Translations under genes and position numbers: made by a program | The notes under the pieces: model-generated | Seen by the model: the letters and a program-made list of their open reading frames with translations, nothing else | Databases searched by the model: none | What the model was told of the DNA's origin: nothing | Origin: a virus | Length of the DNA: 64,000 nucleotides | Direction: 5' to 3' (one strand) | Virus record (IMG/VR): IMGVR_UViG_3300025151_006410 | Span: 5,020-69,019 of that record | Shown here: piece by piece, positions 47,077 to 57,158 of the stretch | Layout of the letters: every line of letters begins with the position of its first letter | Numbering within the stretch: position 1 is the first letter of the stretch

Positions 47077-48198
47077 ATGCTGAATATACCATATAATGTT
47101 TGGAACAAGTGGGACCCAATAAAAGAAGTAATTGTTGGGTCCTGCGTGAATGAGAATTTTTTTGCTCATATCAAAAATAACGAGATAAAAGAAAAACTGA
47201 CCAAACTTCTTGTTGAAACACAAGAAGATCTTGATAACTTTGCTGATGTGTTGAGCAAACACGGAGCAAAAGTGCATAGGCCATATGTGGATCCCAACGT
47301 TAGGATGGACCCAGACAAAAAACAAAAAAGATTACAAATGATTACTACACAACCTCGAGATGACATCGGCGTGCTAGGCAACAACCTATTCTTTTCTAAT
47401 TCAGTAGGGGGAGAGGCTGTACCACCGGCTGTTGAGTTGTACAAGAAAACTTTAGGAAAAGATAACGTTGTGGAAGATCTCAAAGAACCATGGATTCAAT
47501 TGCTAAGGAAAAGGATTTCATGTACTTTACCAAACTGGACTTTAGTAGGAAAAGATCTTTTCATTGATGAAGTCACAGAAGGAAAAAACCCACTACATGG
47601 GTTTTCGGAAATTAGAAAAGGGGCCAATCGCACCATGTTGTGGAAATTACGAGATAACATAGCTGAATGGATACCTAACACAGAAGTGCATTGGATCAAA
47701 ATTGGTGGGCACAATGATGCATGTTTCCATACTTGTAAGCCAGGAGTAATTGTTTCATTGTTTGATATACAAAATTACAGCGAAACATTTCCTAAATGGG
47801 ACGTGTTACCTATTGCTAAGGAACACAAATGGTGGGATACATTAAATCCGTTTATGGAAGCTAAAAGACTCACACAAGGAAAATACTGGATACCAGGAGA
47901 AGAGAAAAACGAGCCATTGTTACAATTTATTAATTCATGGTTAGATGAATGGGTAGGATATGCTGAAGAAACTGTATTTGATGTTAATATGTTTATGATA
48001 AATGAATCAACTGCGTGTGTATCTAATTATAATAAAGATGTATTTGACTTTTTTAAGAAACATAAAATAGAGCCTATCATAGTTCCTTTGAGGCACAGAT
48101 TTTTCTGGGATGGCGGCCTGCATTGCTGTTCAACTGACTTGGTGCGTGAAGGGGATCAACAAAGTTACATACAAGTAAAGTTACGTACAAGTTGGTGA
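47077..48198 (+). CDS. amidinotransferase family protein (pentein fold)
   Basis: WDPIKEVIVG, QPRDD, GHNDA, FDVNM, GGLHCCS; TAAATA at 47065-47070. Confidence 0.85.
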   Translation: MLNIPYNVWNKWDPIKEVIVGSCVNENFFAHIKNNEIKEKLTKLLVETQEDLDNFADVLSKHGAKVHRPYVDPNVRMDPDKKQKRLQMITTQPRDDIGVLGNNLFFSNSVGGEAVPPAVELYKKTLGKDNVVEDLKEPWIQLLRKRISCTLPNWTLVGKDLFIDEVTEGKNPLHGFSEIRKGANRTMLWKLRDNIAEWIPNTEVHWIKIGGHNDACFHTCKPGVIVSLFDIQNYSETFPKWDVLPIAKEHKWWDTLNPFMEAKRLTQGKYWIPGEEKNEPLLQFINSWLDEWVGYAEETVFDVNMFMINESTACVSNYNKDVFDFFKKHKIEPIIVPLRHRFFWDGGLHCCSTDLVREGDQQSYIQVKLRTSW

Positions 48199-48738
48199 GT
48201 GATGTTAGCGTTTGCTATAGACAACTTCTTACCGGAAAAAGTCTTTAGTAGTATATCTACTAGAGTTACTAAACAACCACAGTATAAAACCAATCAACAA
48301 ACACATGATAAAGATAAATCGAAGTGGGTCGACGATTTTACCACCTCAATACTTGATCAGATGAAAGAAAATTTTATTAATAGAAATATATGGTTAAAAG
48401 ATTGGAATCAAAAGTTTTATAAAAATTGTTATCAAGTTGCCCGTGCTTACACACCTGATATGCCATTTCCAAGTCCTCATTTAGATCCCGGAGGTTTTGT
48501 TTACTATATCCATCCTGCCTGGGAAGCAGAATGGGGCGGCCGTTTTTACATTGAAGAAATTGAACAGTTTATAGATCCATTACCTAATAGACTTATTTGG
48601 GTAAATCCTCCAACTCCTCATTGTGTGGAGCCATTAACATACAAAGCACCTAACAATAGAATGTGTATAGTTGGCCAACCAACAGGAACCATGCTACCAA
48701 GTCATATTCAAAATCAAAAACAATTACAAGTCTATTAA
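48199..48738 (+). CDS. 2OG-Fe(II) oxygenase (prolyl-4-hydroxylase-like)
   Basis: IDNFLP, HLD, W..EWGG, PNRL, HCV, distal R. Confidence 0.8.
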   Translation: MMLAFAIDNFLPEKVFSSISTRVTKQPQYKTNQQTHDKDKSKWVDDFTTSILDQMKENFINRNIWLKDWNQKFYKNCYQVARAYTPDMPFPSPHLDPGGFVYYIHPAWEAEWGGRFYIEEIEQFIDPLPNRLIWVNPPTPHCVEPLTYKAPNNRMCIVGQPTGTMLPSHIQNQKQLQVY

Positions 48739-49664
48739 TTTTTATTACTGATTCTAGCTAGTTTTATAAGTGTAGCAGACAAATTTATTTCTGCTTCTGC
48801 AACAAAAGAATGATCCACTAATCCTTGTTTGATAGCAAGTATGGCGTCGTCTTGTTGATCTTCAGTGTTGCCAAATATTTCAATGTTATCATACATCCAT
48901 TTGTATATGTCTTCCATCTCTTCTGGGCGTGCTTGTGAACATAATAATTTTCTTGCTTCTGTGATACGACCTGCTTTGAATAATTCTACCATTTCTATTT
49001 TGTAATCACTTTCGCCAGTGTCTGCTGTGTTTGGTTGCTGAAGTTTGCCTTCCGCGGAATTCATTTGCACTGTGTTGATACATTTTCTAAGATCAGGATA
49101 AGTTGCTTTAACGTAAGTGTCTAGCGTATCCAAATCCATTTCGACATTTTCTTCTACAAGTATAGTTGCCACTCGAGCAGTGAATTCTGTTTTGTCTATT
49201 TTTTCAATGTGGAATCCTTGACATCTTGAATGCAATGCAGGTATGACTCTATTGGGATAATTGCAAGTTAAAATAAATCTTGCTGATTGGTGATACATTT
49301 CCATTACGCCACGCAATGCGGCCTGTCCATTTGGAGTAATGTAGTCAGCCTCATCTAACAATACAACTTTGAAATCGCCGAATGGCATTGTTTGTACAAA
49401 GTTTGTAATTTTATCTCGAATTGTATCTACACTGTTTTCTCGCGAAGCATTTATTTCAAGCACATCAGAACCTTCTACATCAAGTTGATGTAGCAAAATT
49501 TTTGCTAGTGTAGTTTTGCCTACACCAGGAGCACCAGAAAATAGTAGATGTGGAATAGTTTTGTTTTTTATCCAACCTTCAACTTGTGCTTTTTGATTGT
49601 CATCACGAAACACATATCCTTCTAGTGTGTTTGGTCTATATTTCTCAACCCAAAGTGTCTTCAT
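48735..49664 (-). CDS. clamp loader small subunit (RFC/gp44-like)
   Basis: LWVEKYRP, GAPGVGKT, EINAS, LDEAD, SRC. Confidence 0.93.
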   Translation of the reverse strand: MKTLWVEKYRPNTLEGYVFRDDNQKAQVEGWIKNKTIPHLLFSGAPGVGKTTLAKILLHQLDVEGSDVLEINASRENSVDTIRDKITNFVQTMPFGDFKVVLLDEADYITPNGQAALRGVMEMYHQSARFILTCNYPNRVIPALHSRCQGFHIEKIDKTEFTARVATILVEENVEMDLDTLDTYVKATYPDLRKCINTVQMNSAEGKLQQPNTADTGESDYKIEMVELFKAGRITEARKLLCSQARPEEMEDIYKWMYDNIEIFGNTEDQQDDAILAIKQGLVDHSFVAEAEINLSATLIKLARISNKN

Positions 49665-50040
49665 CTAGCACCTCTTCTGTAAGATTATGTTCACGATCTA
49701 AATACTTCCATTCTATTTTAACAGGATCAAAAGACTTTTTCAACTTGTTAAACACAATTTTTGGATCAAATGGTCCGCAAGTGTAAACGTCTAATTGCAT
49801 TAGTCCAGGATCTGCTTCGTCCCAAACATGCATCGAAATATGACTAGTTTCAATGATTGTCACACAAGTTAAGCCTTTGTTACCAGGTTGGTCTATGTAA
49901 GCACTAATAGGTCCTTTGCATATGACCATGCCAATTTCATCAACTAGCTCACGCATCCAATTTTCTACAACCTTTGGCTCAGTAGGTGTGATTTTAGTTT
50001 CTGCTCGTATGATTAAATGTTTGTGTATAGGTTTGTGCAT
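49645..50040 (-). CDS. speD: S-adenosylmethionine decarboxylase proenzyme (class I)
   Basis: HKHLI, IIETSHISMHVW, QLDVYTCG. Confidence 0.85.
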   Translation of the reverse strand: MHKPIHKHLIIRAETKITPTEPKVVENWMRELVDEIGMVICKGPISAYIDQPGNKGLTCVTIIETSHISMHVWDEADPGLMQLDVYTCGPFDPKIVFNKLKKSFDPVKIEWKYLDREHNLTEEVLDEDTLG

Positions 50041-50067
50041 ATGTTGATTATAAATTAAATATGCGAA

Positions 50068-50838
50068 TTATTCAACCATTAATTTAGAAATAATAAATGG
50101 TTTCACAAATTCATTATAAAAAATTTTAGACCCTTTATAATTTAGATGCCAGTCGTTTGTGAAAAGTTGTGTGACTACATATTTTTTACCAAATTTGTTG
50201 AACAACCAATTGAATCCTGTCTGATTGATTCCGAGATTGTTAGCATTAGTGTCTTGATTGAACATTGTAAAATAATTGAAATGTTTAAAGAATTTTCCAT
50301 ACAGTGATTCCAGTGTGTTTATAAAAACTTCGCTGTAATGATCCGGAAGATTGTTTTGTGGGAAAATTGTTTGTGTAGCTAGTTTAAAAAAATCACCATT
50401 ACGAGCAAATTTTCTCTGCAGTTTTGGATCACCAATTTTTGGAAACCAGTGTTCTGGTTGTAATGTCGCATGATTTGTTATTAATTTATGTTCAGTCAAA
50501 TTATCTTTTGGATGTTTGGTCTCCCAGATTTGATTGTGTGTGTTTGCATCAACAACTATTTTATTTTTTCTTGTTGGTAGGATCCATCTTGTGTGTGTGG
50601 TGAGTTGAACAATACATGCATCATAATCTTTTTGAATAATATTTTTCAAACACATATCAAAATATAAAGAACCTTGGGAGGATCTTGCATAACAATCAAA
50701 ATGTATGTTTGGATTATCCTCAGATGCATGCCAAAGCCAACTATAATAACTGTTAGGAGTGCGAGCTGGGGGTAGTAAATTTGGATCTGTTAAGTTTAGG
50801 TCAGTATGACTGCACCCTACTACTGCAATTTTCATCAC
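50068..50838 (-). CDS. SGNH hydrolase-like protein
   Basis: VVGCSHT...DWHLNYKG. Confidence 0.6.
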   Translation of the reverse strand: MMKIAVVGCSHTDLNLTDPNLLPPARTPNSYYSWLWHASEDNPNIHFDCYARSSQGSLYFDMCLKNIIQKDYDACIVQLTTHTRWILPTRKNKIVVDANTHNQIWETKHPKDNLTEHKLITNHATLQPEHWFPKIGDPKLQRKFARNGDFFKLATQTIFPQNNLPDHYSEVFINTLESLYGKFFKHFNYFTMFNQDTNANNLGINQTGFNWLFNKFGKKYVVTQLFTNDWHLNYKGSKIFYNEFVKPFIISKLMVE

Positions 50839-51074
50839 TTGATAATATTGACTTCAGACTCAGTTTCAATAACTACTCTTGCTCCACATGACAGTATAGG
50901 TTTGTCATTACCGCCATACATCACTCGTGAAGGGCCTGCTATTTCTACTTCGTGACAGTATGTATTTTTTGAACCTTGTTTAACTGTAATTACAGGTTCG
51001 TCAGTGCCATGCTTTTTGTTTGCACGAATTTTATGTTGATTAACATGAATAAATGTTTTTTTAGTTCGTGGCAT
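50835..51074 (-). CDS. hypothetical phage protein
   Basis: IHVNQHKIRAN...LSCGARV.IET. Confidence 0.75.
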   Translation of the reverse strand: MPRTKKTFIHVNQHKIRANKKHGTDEPVITVKQGSKNTYCHEVEIAGPSRVMYGGNDKPILSCGARVVIETESEVNIIK

Positions 51075-51504
51075 TCATTGTGGTGTTATTATGATAACTT
51101 GCAGGTTTTTGATAGGTTGCATTTGGCTCATCATCTGAAACCATAAGAATATCTTTTTCATCAACCATCCTTAAATCTAAAATGTTTCCATCTCCTTGAT
51201 CTAGTGTAACACCTCTGGTCCATCTGCCATGTGCAATTAAAATCCATTGTCCTATCTGCACATCTTCTTGTAGATTACCAACTGCAAAAACTTTTGCCCA
51301 ACGTGGATGCACACCGGTCGCTTTACCATCATCATCCATAATAATAAGTCCAGCGTCTGTGCGAGACTCACCAAAATGCATATTGCTTACCAATACTCTT
51401 TTTTTGAGTGGCTTAATAGTTCCTTGCACTATATGAGTACTTGCAATTTTGTTAGGCATTTTATTATTAGGAAAGCTATAAGTTCCGGGTTGTGCTTTTG
51501 GCAT
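51061..51504 (-). CDS. groES: co-chaperonin GroES-like
   Basis: IKPLKKRVLV, T.AGLII, VFAVG, MVDEKDILMV. Confidence 0.75.
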   Translation of the reverse strand: MPKAQPGTYSFPNNKMPNKIASTHIVQGTIKPLKKRVLVSNMHFGESRTDAGLIIMDDDGKATGVHPRWAKVFAVGNLQEDVQIGQWILIAHGRWTRGVTLDQGDGNILDLRMVDEKDILMVSDDEPNATYQKPASYHNNTTMNATN

Positions 51505-51522
51505 TGTCTACTCCTTTTTCAA

Positions 51523-51702
51523 TTATTTTTCGTCACGTTTTTTAATAATTTTGCCACCTTCACCTAGTGTGTCACCTCTTGCGTTGCGTTTAGTATTTCC
51601 AACGGCTATGGTTTTTTCATGCTTGGTTCTTAGTGCTTCAAAATCAACTGGTTTGCCCTGCATAGAGTAATGCACTTTTTTAGTGTTCATTTTTCTTGGC
51701 AT
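51523..51702 (-). CDS. small phage protein (59 aa, not in ORF track)
   Basis: MPRKMNTKKVHYSMQGKPVDF...AVGNTKRNARGDTLGEGGKII; TAATG coupling. Confidence 0.7.
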   Translation of the reverse strand: MPRKMNTKKVHYSMQGKPVDFEALRTKHEKTIAVGNTKRNARGDTLGEGGKIIKKRDEK

Positions 51703-51911
51703 TATTCATTCTCCTTAAAATATTTGTTAATGATCTCAAGCTGGTCTTCATATTTTGCTATGTGATCAATTTCTTTTTCTAATGTTTCAACAATGTCTGA
51801 ATGTTCTCCAATACCAATAGTGCTGTTCATATAGACGTCAACATTAGTTTTATGTTTTGCTATTTGTCCTTTTGCATGGCTAATTAAAGCTTCTAGTAGT
51901 TGTTTCTTCAT
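51702..51911 (-). CDS. hypothetical phage protein
   Basis: GIGEHSDIVE motif, helical hairpin. Confidence 0.72.
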   Translation of the reverse strand: MKKQLLEALISHAKGQIAKHKTNVDVYMNSTIGIGEHSDIVETLEKEIDHIAKYEDQLEIINKYFKENE

Positions 51912-52438
51912 CTTAAAAACTCCTTGTAGTTTAGCTTATATTTAACTGGGTCAATATGGTGGACACCTATCAAATAGAGAACAAGGCTAGATACAGAAGA
52001 ACCTCTACCAACCCCTGTAACAATATCTTTTTGCTCAATTTGATCCATTAGATAGCACATGAATCGTAGCACATCAATCATATTTCTTTGTTTAAACTCA
52101 TTATATTCTTTGTTTAGTATTTGAACATAATCAAATGATATTAAATTTTTTTGTTCTAATTTTTTACAACAAAAATCAAGAACATCTAAGTTCTTATATG
52201 TGTCTGGCATATGCCAATCAGATGATAAAAGTTTGTGATATTCAACAGGATCAATATCTGGCTTGTTTGGTTTTACTAAAGGATCAATTTCAAACTGTGT
52301 ACAGTTTTTGTTGTGTAGTTTATATTCATGATCATCTTCTAAAAACAAAGACTTTGTTTTAAAGTTTTCGTCACTATAAAATTTATCTGTTATTTCTTTA
52401 GTGTTCAAATACACTTGCCCATATTCATCAACTATCAT
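51908..52438 (-). CDS. stand-alone fragment of DNA polymerase III alpha (DnaE) NTPase/palm region
   Basis: GVGRGSSVSSLVLYLIGVHHIDPVKYKL. Confidence 0.8.
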   Translation of the reverse strand: MIVDEYGQVYLNTKEITDKFYSDENFKTKSLFLEDDHEYKLHNKNCTQFEIDPLVKPNKPDIDPVEYHKLLSSDWHMPDTYKNLDVLDFCCKKLEQKNLISFDYVQILNKEYNEFKQRNMIDVLRFMCYLMDQIEQKDIVTGVGRGSSVSSLVLYLIGVHHIDPVKYKLNYKEFLR

Positions 52439-52444
52439 AGCACT

Positions 52445-52473
52445 ATTATAATACCTATTTGTGTTTTAGTCAA
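52445..52473 (-). promoter_or_regulatory. sigma70-type promoter
   Basis: TTGACT-N17-TATAAT, 6 nt before ATG at 52438. Confidence 0.7.
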
Positions 52474-53046
52474 TTATTTCGTTCTTCCTCCTTGGATAAC
52501 ATGCAATATTGGTTCGTTACTGACAGTAAACCCAATTTCATCCCATGTCATTTTGGTTGTATCAAATGATGAAAAGTGTGGACTACTATTTTTCCACCAA
52601 TGGTAATCGATAGTCTTTTCTATTTCTTGCAGAGTGCTCCACTCAGGAGATTCATTTGTGATTACATACTGGAGATTTTCTCCCTGCCATGATTCTATTT
52701 GAATTGCTTCAACTTTTAAAACTCCGTCACCAATGGCGTTTAGTTTAGAAAACATTTGCACGCCTGTTATTTGATCAAATGGTTCAACTACAAAATCAAT
52801 TACAAAATTACTAAAAGATTTTAAAGTGTTGTATGCTTTAAGATCATGTTTTATAAAAACGCTATTTTGAAAAACTCTATAAAAACAATATTTGTATTTT
52901 TCAAATACTAAATTTTGCTTTTTGGCATCGCTTACTAATGCAACAAAATTTATTGTAATTTTATAATCGTTAGGCCATAACTTGCCTTTTAAACAAATTG
53001 TGTTAGTAAATCTTGTATTCCAGGAAATTCCGTGCTCATTCAACAT
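52474..53046 (-). CDS. hypothetical phage protein
   Basis: 190 aa ORF. Confidence 0.68.
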   Translation of the reverse strand: MLNEHGISWNTRFTNTICLKGKLWPNDYKITINFVALVSDAKKQNLVFEKYKYCFYRVFQNSVFIKHDLKAYNTLKSFSNFVIDFVVEPFDQITGVQMFSKLNAIGDGVLKVEAIQIESWQGENLQYVITNESPEWSTLQEIEKTIDYHWWKNSSPHFSSFDTTKMTWDEIGFTVSNEPILHVIQGGRTK

Positions 53047-53272
53047 TAATCAATCCATCTAGATTAGAATCAGTTTGTTCTTTATCGTTGGATTTTTTAA
53101 TCTTGCGTTGTTCTTTCTCCATCTGCAGGTTATTATTCACTGCTAAAAGTTGATTGTAAAGTTCTAAATGATTCATTCTTTTTGCTTGGTTGATCTTTAT
53201 TGTAACATCATTTATTTTAGATTCCAAGTCTTGATCACTCATCCCCTTTGGGTCAAAAGTTGGGTGAAACAT
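53036..53272 (-). CDS. hypothetical phage protein
   Basis: 78 aa MFHP... helical. Confidence 0.68.
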   Translation of the reverse strand: MFHPTFDPKGMSDQDLESKINDVTIKINQAKRMNHLELYNQLLAVNNNLQMEKEQRKIKKSNDKEQTDSNLDGLINVE

Positions 53273-53275
53273 TTA

Positions 53276-53866
53276 TTATGCCGGATATTCTAGTATAGGG
53301 CCAATATATTTGGTAGTGCCGCCATCTACTGAAAATACATCAAACACAAAAGTGCTTACTCTTTCTGGAAAAGTTGTACTCATTGTAGATGAATCCAAAT
53401 TTGATTCATCAAAACTTGCAACTGTTGGAAAGCTAACGCCAGTTAGTGTCACTGAATGAGTTGAAGTGCCTTTGGTAAGGAACACTCTATGCACTGCATA
53501 AGTGTTAGTTGAACCATCATCTTCTGTAGGAAAGTTTGTGAATGTTAAAGTAACATTGCCACTGGTAGTGAGTGTTGTAACGTTACCATCAGCAAAGCTA
53601 CACGCTACCGCACCAGATACTGATCCTTTAGCAACTACTTTTTGCCCCCAATCTTTAAGCACCAATTCGGATTGATCATGGCCATTAAAGTCAGTGTTTG
53701 CATTTGTAACTGCTTGGTTAGTTTGGATAGTTGTAATTTCAGTCTCAGCTGTGTCTAGCTGTGTTTTAATTTGTGTAAAATTATCTCTAAAACCTTGAGA
53801 ATCATTGTCTTGCCCTGCTACAGGGTAAGCTACGTCTATATTACTTGTGTCTATATTACTTGCCAT
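53276..53866 (-). CDS. virion structural protein
   Basis: YPVAGQDNDSQGFRDNF N-terminus; Ser/Thr-rich; TAAATA at 53874-53879. Confidence 0.75.
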   Translation of the reverse strand: MASNIDTSNIDVAYPVAGQDNDSQGFRDNFTQIKTQLDTAETEITTIQTNQAVTNANTDFNGHDQSELVLKDWGQKVVAKGSVSGAVACSFADGNVTTLTTSGNVTLTFTNFPTEDDGSTNTYAVHRVFLTKGTSTHSVTLTGVSFPTVASFDESNLDSSTMSTTFPERVSTFVFDVFSVDGGTTKYIGPILEYPA

Positions 53867-53879
53867 TGTGTGTTATTTA

Positions 53880-55478
53880 TTATGCAGTTCTCAATAGTTT
53901 TCGTTGTTTTGATACATGTGTAATTCTATCAGTAATACTGGATCTTTGCATCATCACCTGTGTTGATTGTTCTGTTTTTCTGTCAAATGTTACAATATCA
54001 TTAGTGAATACAGTGCCATCTCCATCAAATGTAGTTTCATCACCAGCACCATCATCAAATTTAGTGATAAGATTCTTGCCAAACGTAGTTTTCTTCAACG
54101 TAATTACTATAGAAGATCCATTTACAGGTGCTGTGTTGAATGATAATTGTAGTCCAGTTAAGTCCACAGAAGCTTTGGTATTGCTATTATCACACAGAGT
54201 ATCTGTAGAATCTGCAGTTGTGTTTGTCATGAATTCAGTCTGATATGTAAAAGGCTCAGTGTTGGCTAGAGTGTTAGTGGTATCAGCTGTATCGCCTGCT
54301 GATACTGTAGACGAGTCTCCAATCGATAATTCTGTGCCAGCGTTTATATCTCTTGTTGTTTGGGTCAATGTAGTAACTCCGCCGACAGTTACTGTTAGGC
54401 TGTTTGACCTTGCAATATCATATGGAATAGCAAAAACTTTGGTTGTGCCATCTCCAGTGTGTGTCGACTGGTATGTTGAGGCATCTATAGTAGTTCCAAT
54501 GTTTCTGTCAGTGACCCAACGGTCGACTTTGCAAACCAATGATTTAATATCATAGGTTGATTCATTGTTGATTTTATACAATATAGATGCACCTTCTCCA
54601 GGTTTAACATATTTGATAGGCAAAGCAAGTTTATATCCTGGCACTAATTTGTCATCTTGTGGTGATTTCATCCACTGAGGCAAATATTCAAAGTTTTCTA
54701 CTGTGAGTCCTGATTTAATTTCATTCTGCATTCTCGTGACTGCATTAATATACAAATTGTCGGCTGTGTCATAAGGTATTGGTAAATGACTTGAAGCTAG
54801 TATGTGTGTTGAACCTGCTCGTAAGTCAACATTAATTGCTGGAAGATTATTTGCTGTTAGTGTAATTTTGTTTGGAGCACCTGCTAAAGGATCAATTAAT
54901 TCACAATACAATACTTCATATAACACTGTTCCATCTTGTGCCTTTGCTTTTGCAAGTTTGATGTCACCCATATACAAAGTTGTATTGTAGTTGTTGGTCA
55001 CCATTAAGTCTGATAAAGCTGACAAGTAACTACTGTGTACACCAGCAAGGAACAGGAACTTTGGTTGTAAAGTATTAAAATATAATTCAGTTGGTCTGTA
55101 CACTGACTTAAATGGAAATAAAGCAATGTCAGAAACAAACGCTTTCCAATTTGCTAATGATGTTTGATCAACATATAAATGTCCATATAAATTTGCTATT
55201 GTATCTGTGGTCAAAACTTTTACTTTGATTGCAAAAGTTTGTGTTGCGTTAAGTGAACCTGACAATGTTTCAACTGATACAGTAAACGTGTAAGTTTTAT
55301 CTTCCGAAACATCTCCACACTCACCTACAATGGCTCCATCTGATTGTAAAGAAAGCCCTGGCGGAAGTGTGCCAGAATGATATTTGTAAATTAAATTTTC
55401 ACCTGTGCGTGATGTGGCTCCTATGCTAAACAAAGAAACTTTGCTTGGAGATATTGTGCCTAGAGTAATAGTTGCCAT
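53880..55478 (-). CDS. virion structural (baseplate/tail) protein
   Basis: Ig-like GTLPPGLSL repeat, LPQWM..PQ, GDGTTKVF; coupled to upstream Ig protein. Confidence 0.72.
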   Translation of the reverse strand: MATITLGTISPSKVSLFSIGATSRTGENLIYKYHSGTLPPGLSLQSDGAIVGECGDVSEDKTYTFTVSVETLSGSLNATQTFAIKVKVLTTDTIANLYGHLYVDQTSLANWKAFVSDIALFPFKSVYRPTELYFNTLQPKFLFLAGVHSSYLSALSDLMVTNNYNTTLYMGDIKLAKAKAQDGTVLYEVLYCELIDPLAGAPNKITLTANNLPAINVDLRAGSTHILASSHLPIPYDTADNLYINAVTRMQNEIKSGLTVENFEYLPQWMKSPQDDKLVPGYKLALPIKYVKPGEGASILYKINNESTYDIKSLVCKVDRWVTDRNIGTTIDASTYQSTHTGDGTTKVFAIPYDIARSNSLTVTVGGVTTLTQTTRDINAGTELSIGDSSTVSAGDTADTTNTLANTEPFTYQTEFMTNTTADSTDTLCDNSNTKASVDLTGLQLSFNTAPVNGSSIVITLKKTTFGKNLITKFDDGAGDETTFDGDGTVFTNDIVTFDRKTEQSTQVMMQRSSITDRITHVSKQRKLLRTA

Positions 55479-56596
55479 TATATTATCAACTCCCTATCTA
55501 CAGTATTCCAGCTTATTGCGCCATAGTTTGCGCCTCGAATAGTAATAGCAAATTGTCTTTCAACAAATTGCAAACCAAACAACGGATTGGTTTTTTCTGC
55601 TCTTATCGAAAAATTATATGTAGTTTCTGCGTCTAAAGTATAAGGCACTGTGCCATAAACTTCACCAGTGGCATAATCTAAACTCATGCCTGGTGGTAAT
55701 GAACTTGTTGTGCTGTCTAAATTTTGGTCCAGCAATGAATATGTTATTGTGTTGCCTCCTGATAGTCCTAGTGCATCATCTGGGTCTTTGGTATCTATTT
55801 TAACAATATGATAGTTGCTGTGTGTCAGTGTTGCTAATGATCCAGAATCTTGAACAAAATATAATCCACGTGCATCGCTGGCATCTGCTGTAATGGCAGT
55901 TGCATCCGCTAATATTTTAGTGGTGTCTGCTTTATCATTTGACCTACCTCTAACATCCAAACTAAACTTTCGATCTGCATGAGCTACACCGTCTGAAACT
56001 CTTACTGTGAATTCCCATAATCTATCAATAGACCCTGATCTTACTATCAAGTCAAATGGCTGTGTTTGATCAAAAGCTGTGGCATCCCATCCAACATTGG
56101 TCGAATCGTATGTGTTTAGTTCAATTGGATCAATTACACCTGTTAATCTGCCAGTTTGTGTGTTAAGGTCCACGGACGGAGGAAGTGCACCTTCTACAAC
56201 TTTGTAAAATTTGATGTTATCATCAGCATCAGTTGCCACCAACTGTTTGTCCACAAACAAACCATCTTGCACAATGCCAAGTGAACCTGCCGCGGTACTC
56301 CAAACGGGAGCATCTGCACCATTCACAAACAGTGTAAATGTTCGATCAACGCTGTCAGTGCCATCCGTGACTCTTACAACGAACCTACTTTCTGTGCGTT
56401 TAGATACTTCATCTGGTGTTCCGCTAATAACTCCAGCAGTAGATAATACTAATCCACTAGGCAAAGATCCAGCTACGACACTAAAAGTTAGAATATCGTC
56501 ATCTGCATCAACAGCCGTCAGTGTATTGGTATAAGCAACGCCTTCGTCTATTTCAGCGATGGTGCCAGCAGATGATGTCCATATTGGGATTGCCAT
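55478..56596 (-). CDS. virion structural protein with putative Ig (He_PIG-like) repeats
   Basis: repeated GSLPSGL/GALPPSV/SLPPGMSL...G.ISGTP and DR.F motifs; TAAATA at 56603-56608. Confidence 0.78.
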   Translation of the reverse strand: MAIPIWTSSAGTIAEIDEGVAYTNTLTAVDADDDILTFSVVAGSLPSGLVLSTAGVISGTPDEVSKRTESRFVVRVTDGTDSVDRTFTLFVNGADAPVWSTAAGSLGIVQDGLFVDKQLVATDADDNIKFYKVVEGALPPSVDLNTQTGRLTGVIDPIELNTYDSTNVGWDATAFDQTQPFDLIVRSGSIDRLWEFTVRVSDGVAHADRKFSLDVRGRSNDKADTTKILADATAITADASDARGLYFVQDSGSLATLTHSNYHIVKIDTKDPDDALGLSGGNTITYSLLDQNLDSTTSSLPPGMSLDYATGEVYGTVPYTLDAETTYNFSIRAEKTNPLFGLQFVERQFAITIRGANYGAISWNTVDRELII

Positions 56597-56615
56597 ATAC
56601 GATATTTATTGGATA

Positions 56616-56640
56616 CAGTGGGTGCTAAAAACACCCACCG
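56616..56640 (-). terminator. probable intrinsic terminator hairpin
   Basis: CGGTGGGTGT-TTTT-AGCACCCACTG inverted repeat downstream of 56659 stop; U-tract weak. Confidence 0.5.
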
Positions 56641-56658
56641 TTTGGTTAGATAGTTAGA

Positions 56659-57138
56659 TTATTGAGAATCTACAGATGCAACGCCAAGTGTACTAACAGA
56701 TGAAGCATCAAAATCATCGTCGCCGATAGCTGTACCTCTCTGAAGGTTGGTATCGTCTGTGATTGATAACTTGAATTTGTTTGTGCTTGCAGAAGCGTCT
56801 GCTCCAATGCCATTTAGAACAACTGTTCTGTTGTGTAATTTTGTAACGTTGTCAACAGATGAGTCGCCTGTTAATGGATTGATTCCATCAATTCTGAATT
56901 CGCCTGCGGCTAAAGCCCCAGCGGCTTTATTAACAAGTGTTAATACTTCTGTTACAGTTGATGAATCAGAAGGTTTTGTTGCAGAAACTTTGAACTTTCT
57001 TGTTGATCTTTGTGATACAATGTATGCACCTAAACCTTCTTCAGCTCCTGCTTCATCTTCACCTGTTAATCTGTAGTTACTAACTTGGATCTTGCCTGAG
57101 CCTGATCCTATTTTGCTTGGATTGATTGGTCTTCCCAT
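56659..57138 (-). CDS. virion structural protein
   Basis: start MGRPINPSKIG at 57138 with AGGAG SD; YIVSQRSTRKFKV. Confidence 0.72.
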   Translation of the reverse strand: MGRPINPSKIGSGSGKIQVSNYRLTGEDEAGAEEGLGAYIVSQRSTRKFKVSATKPSDSSTVTEVLTLVNKAAGALAAGEFRIDGINPLTGDSSVDNVTKLHNRTVVLNGIGADASASTNKFKLSITDDTNLQRGTAIGDDDFDASSVSTLGVASVDSQ

Positions 57139-57158
57139 TTTTAGTCTCCTTTTGTTTA

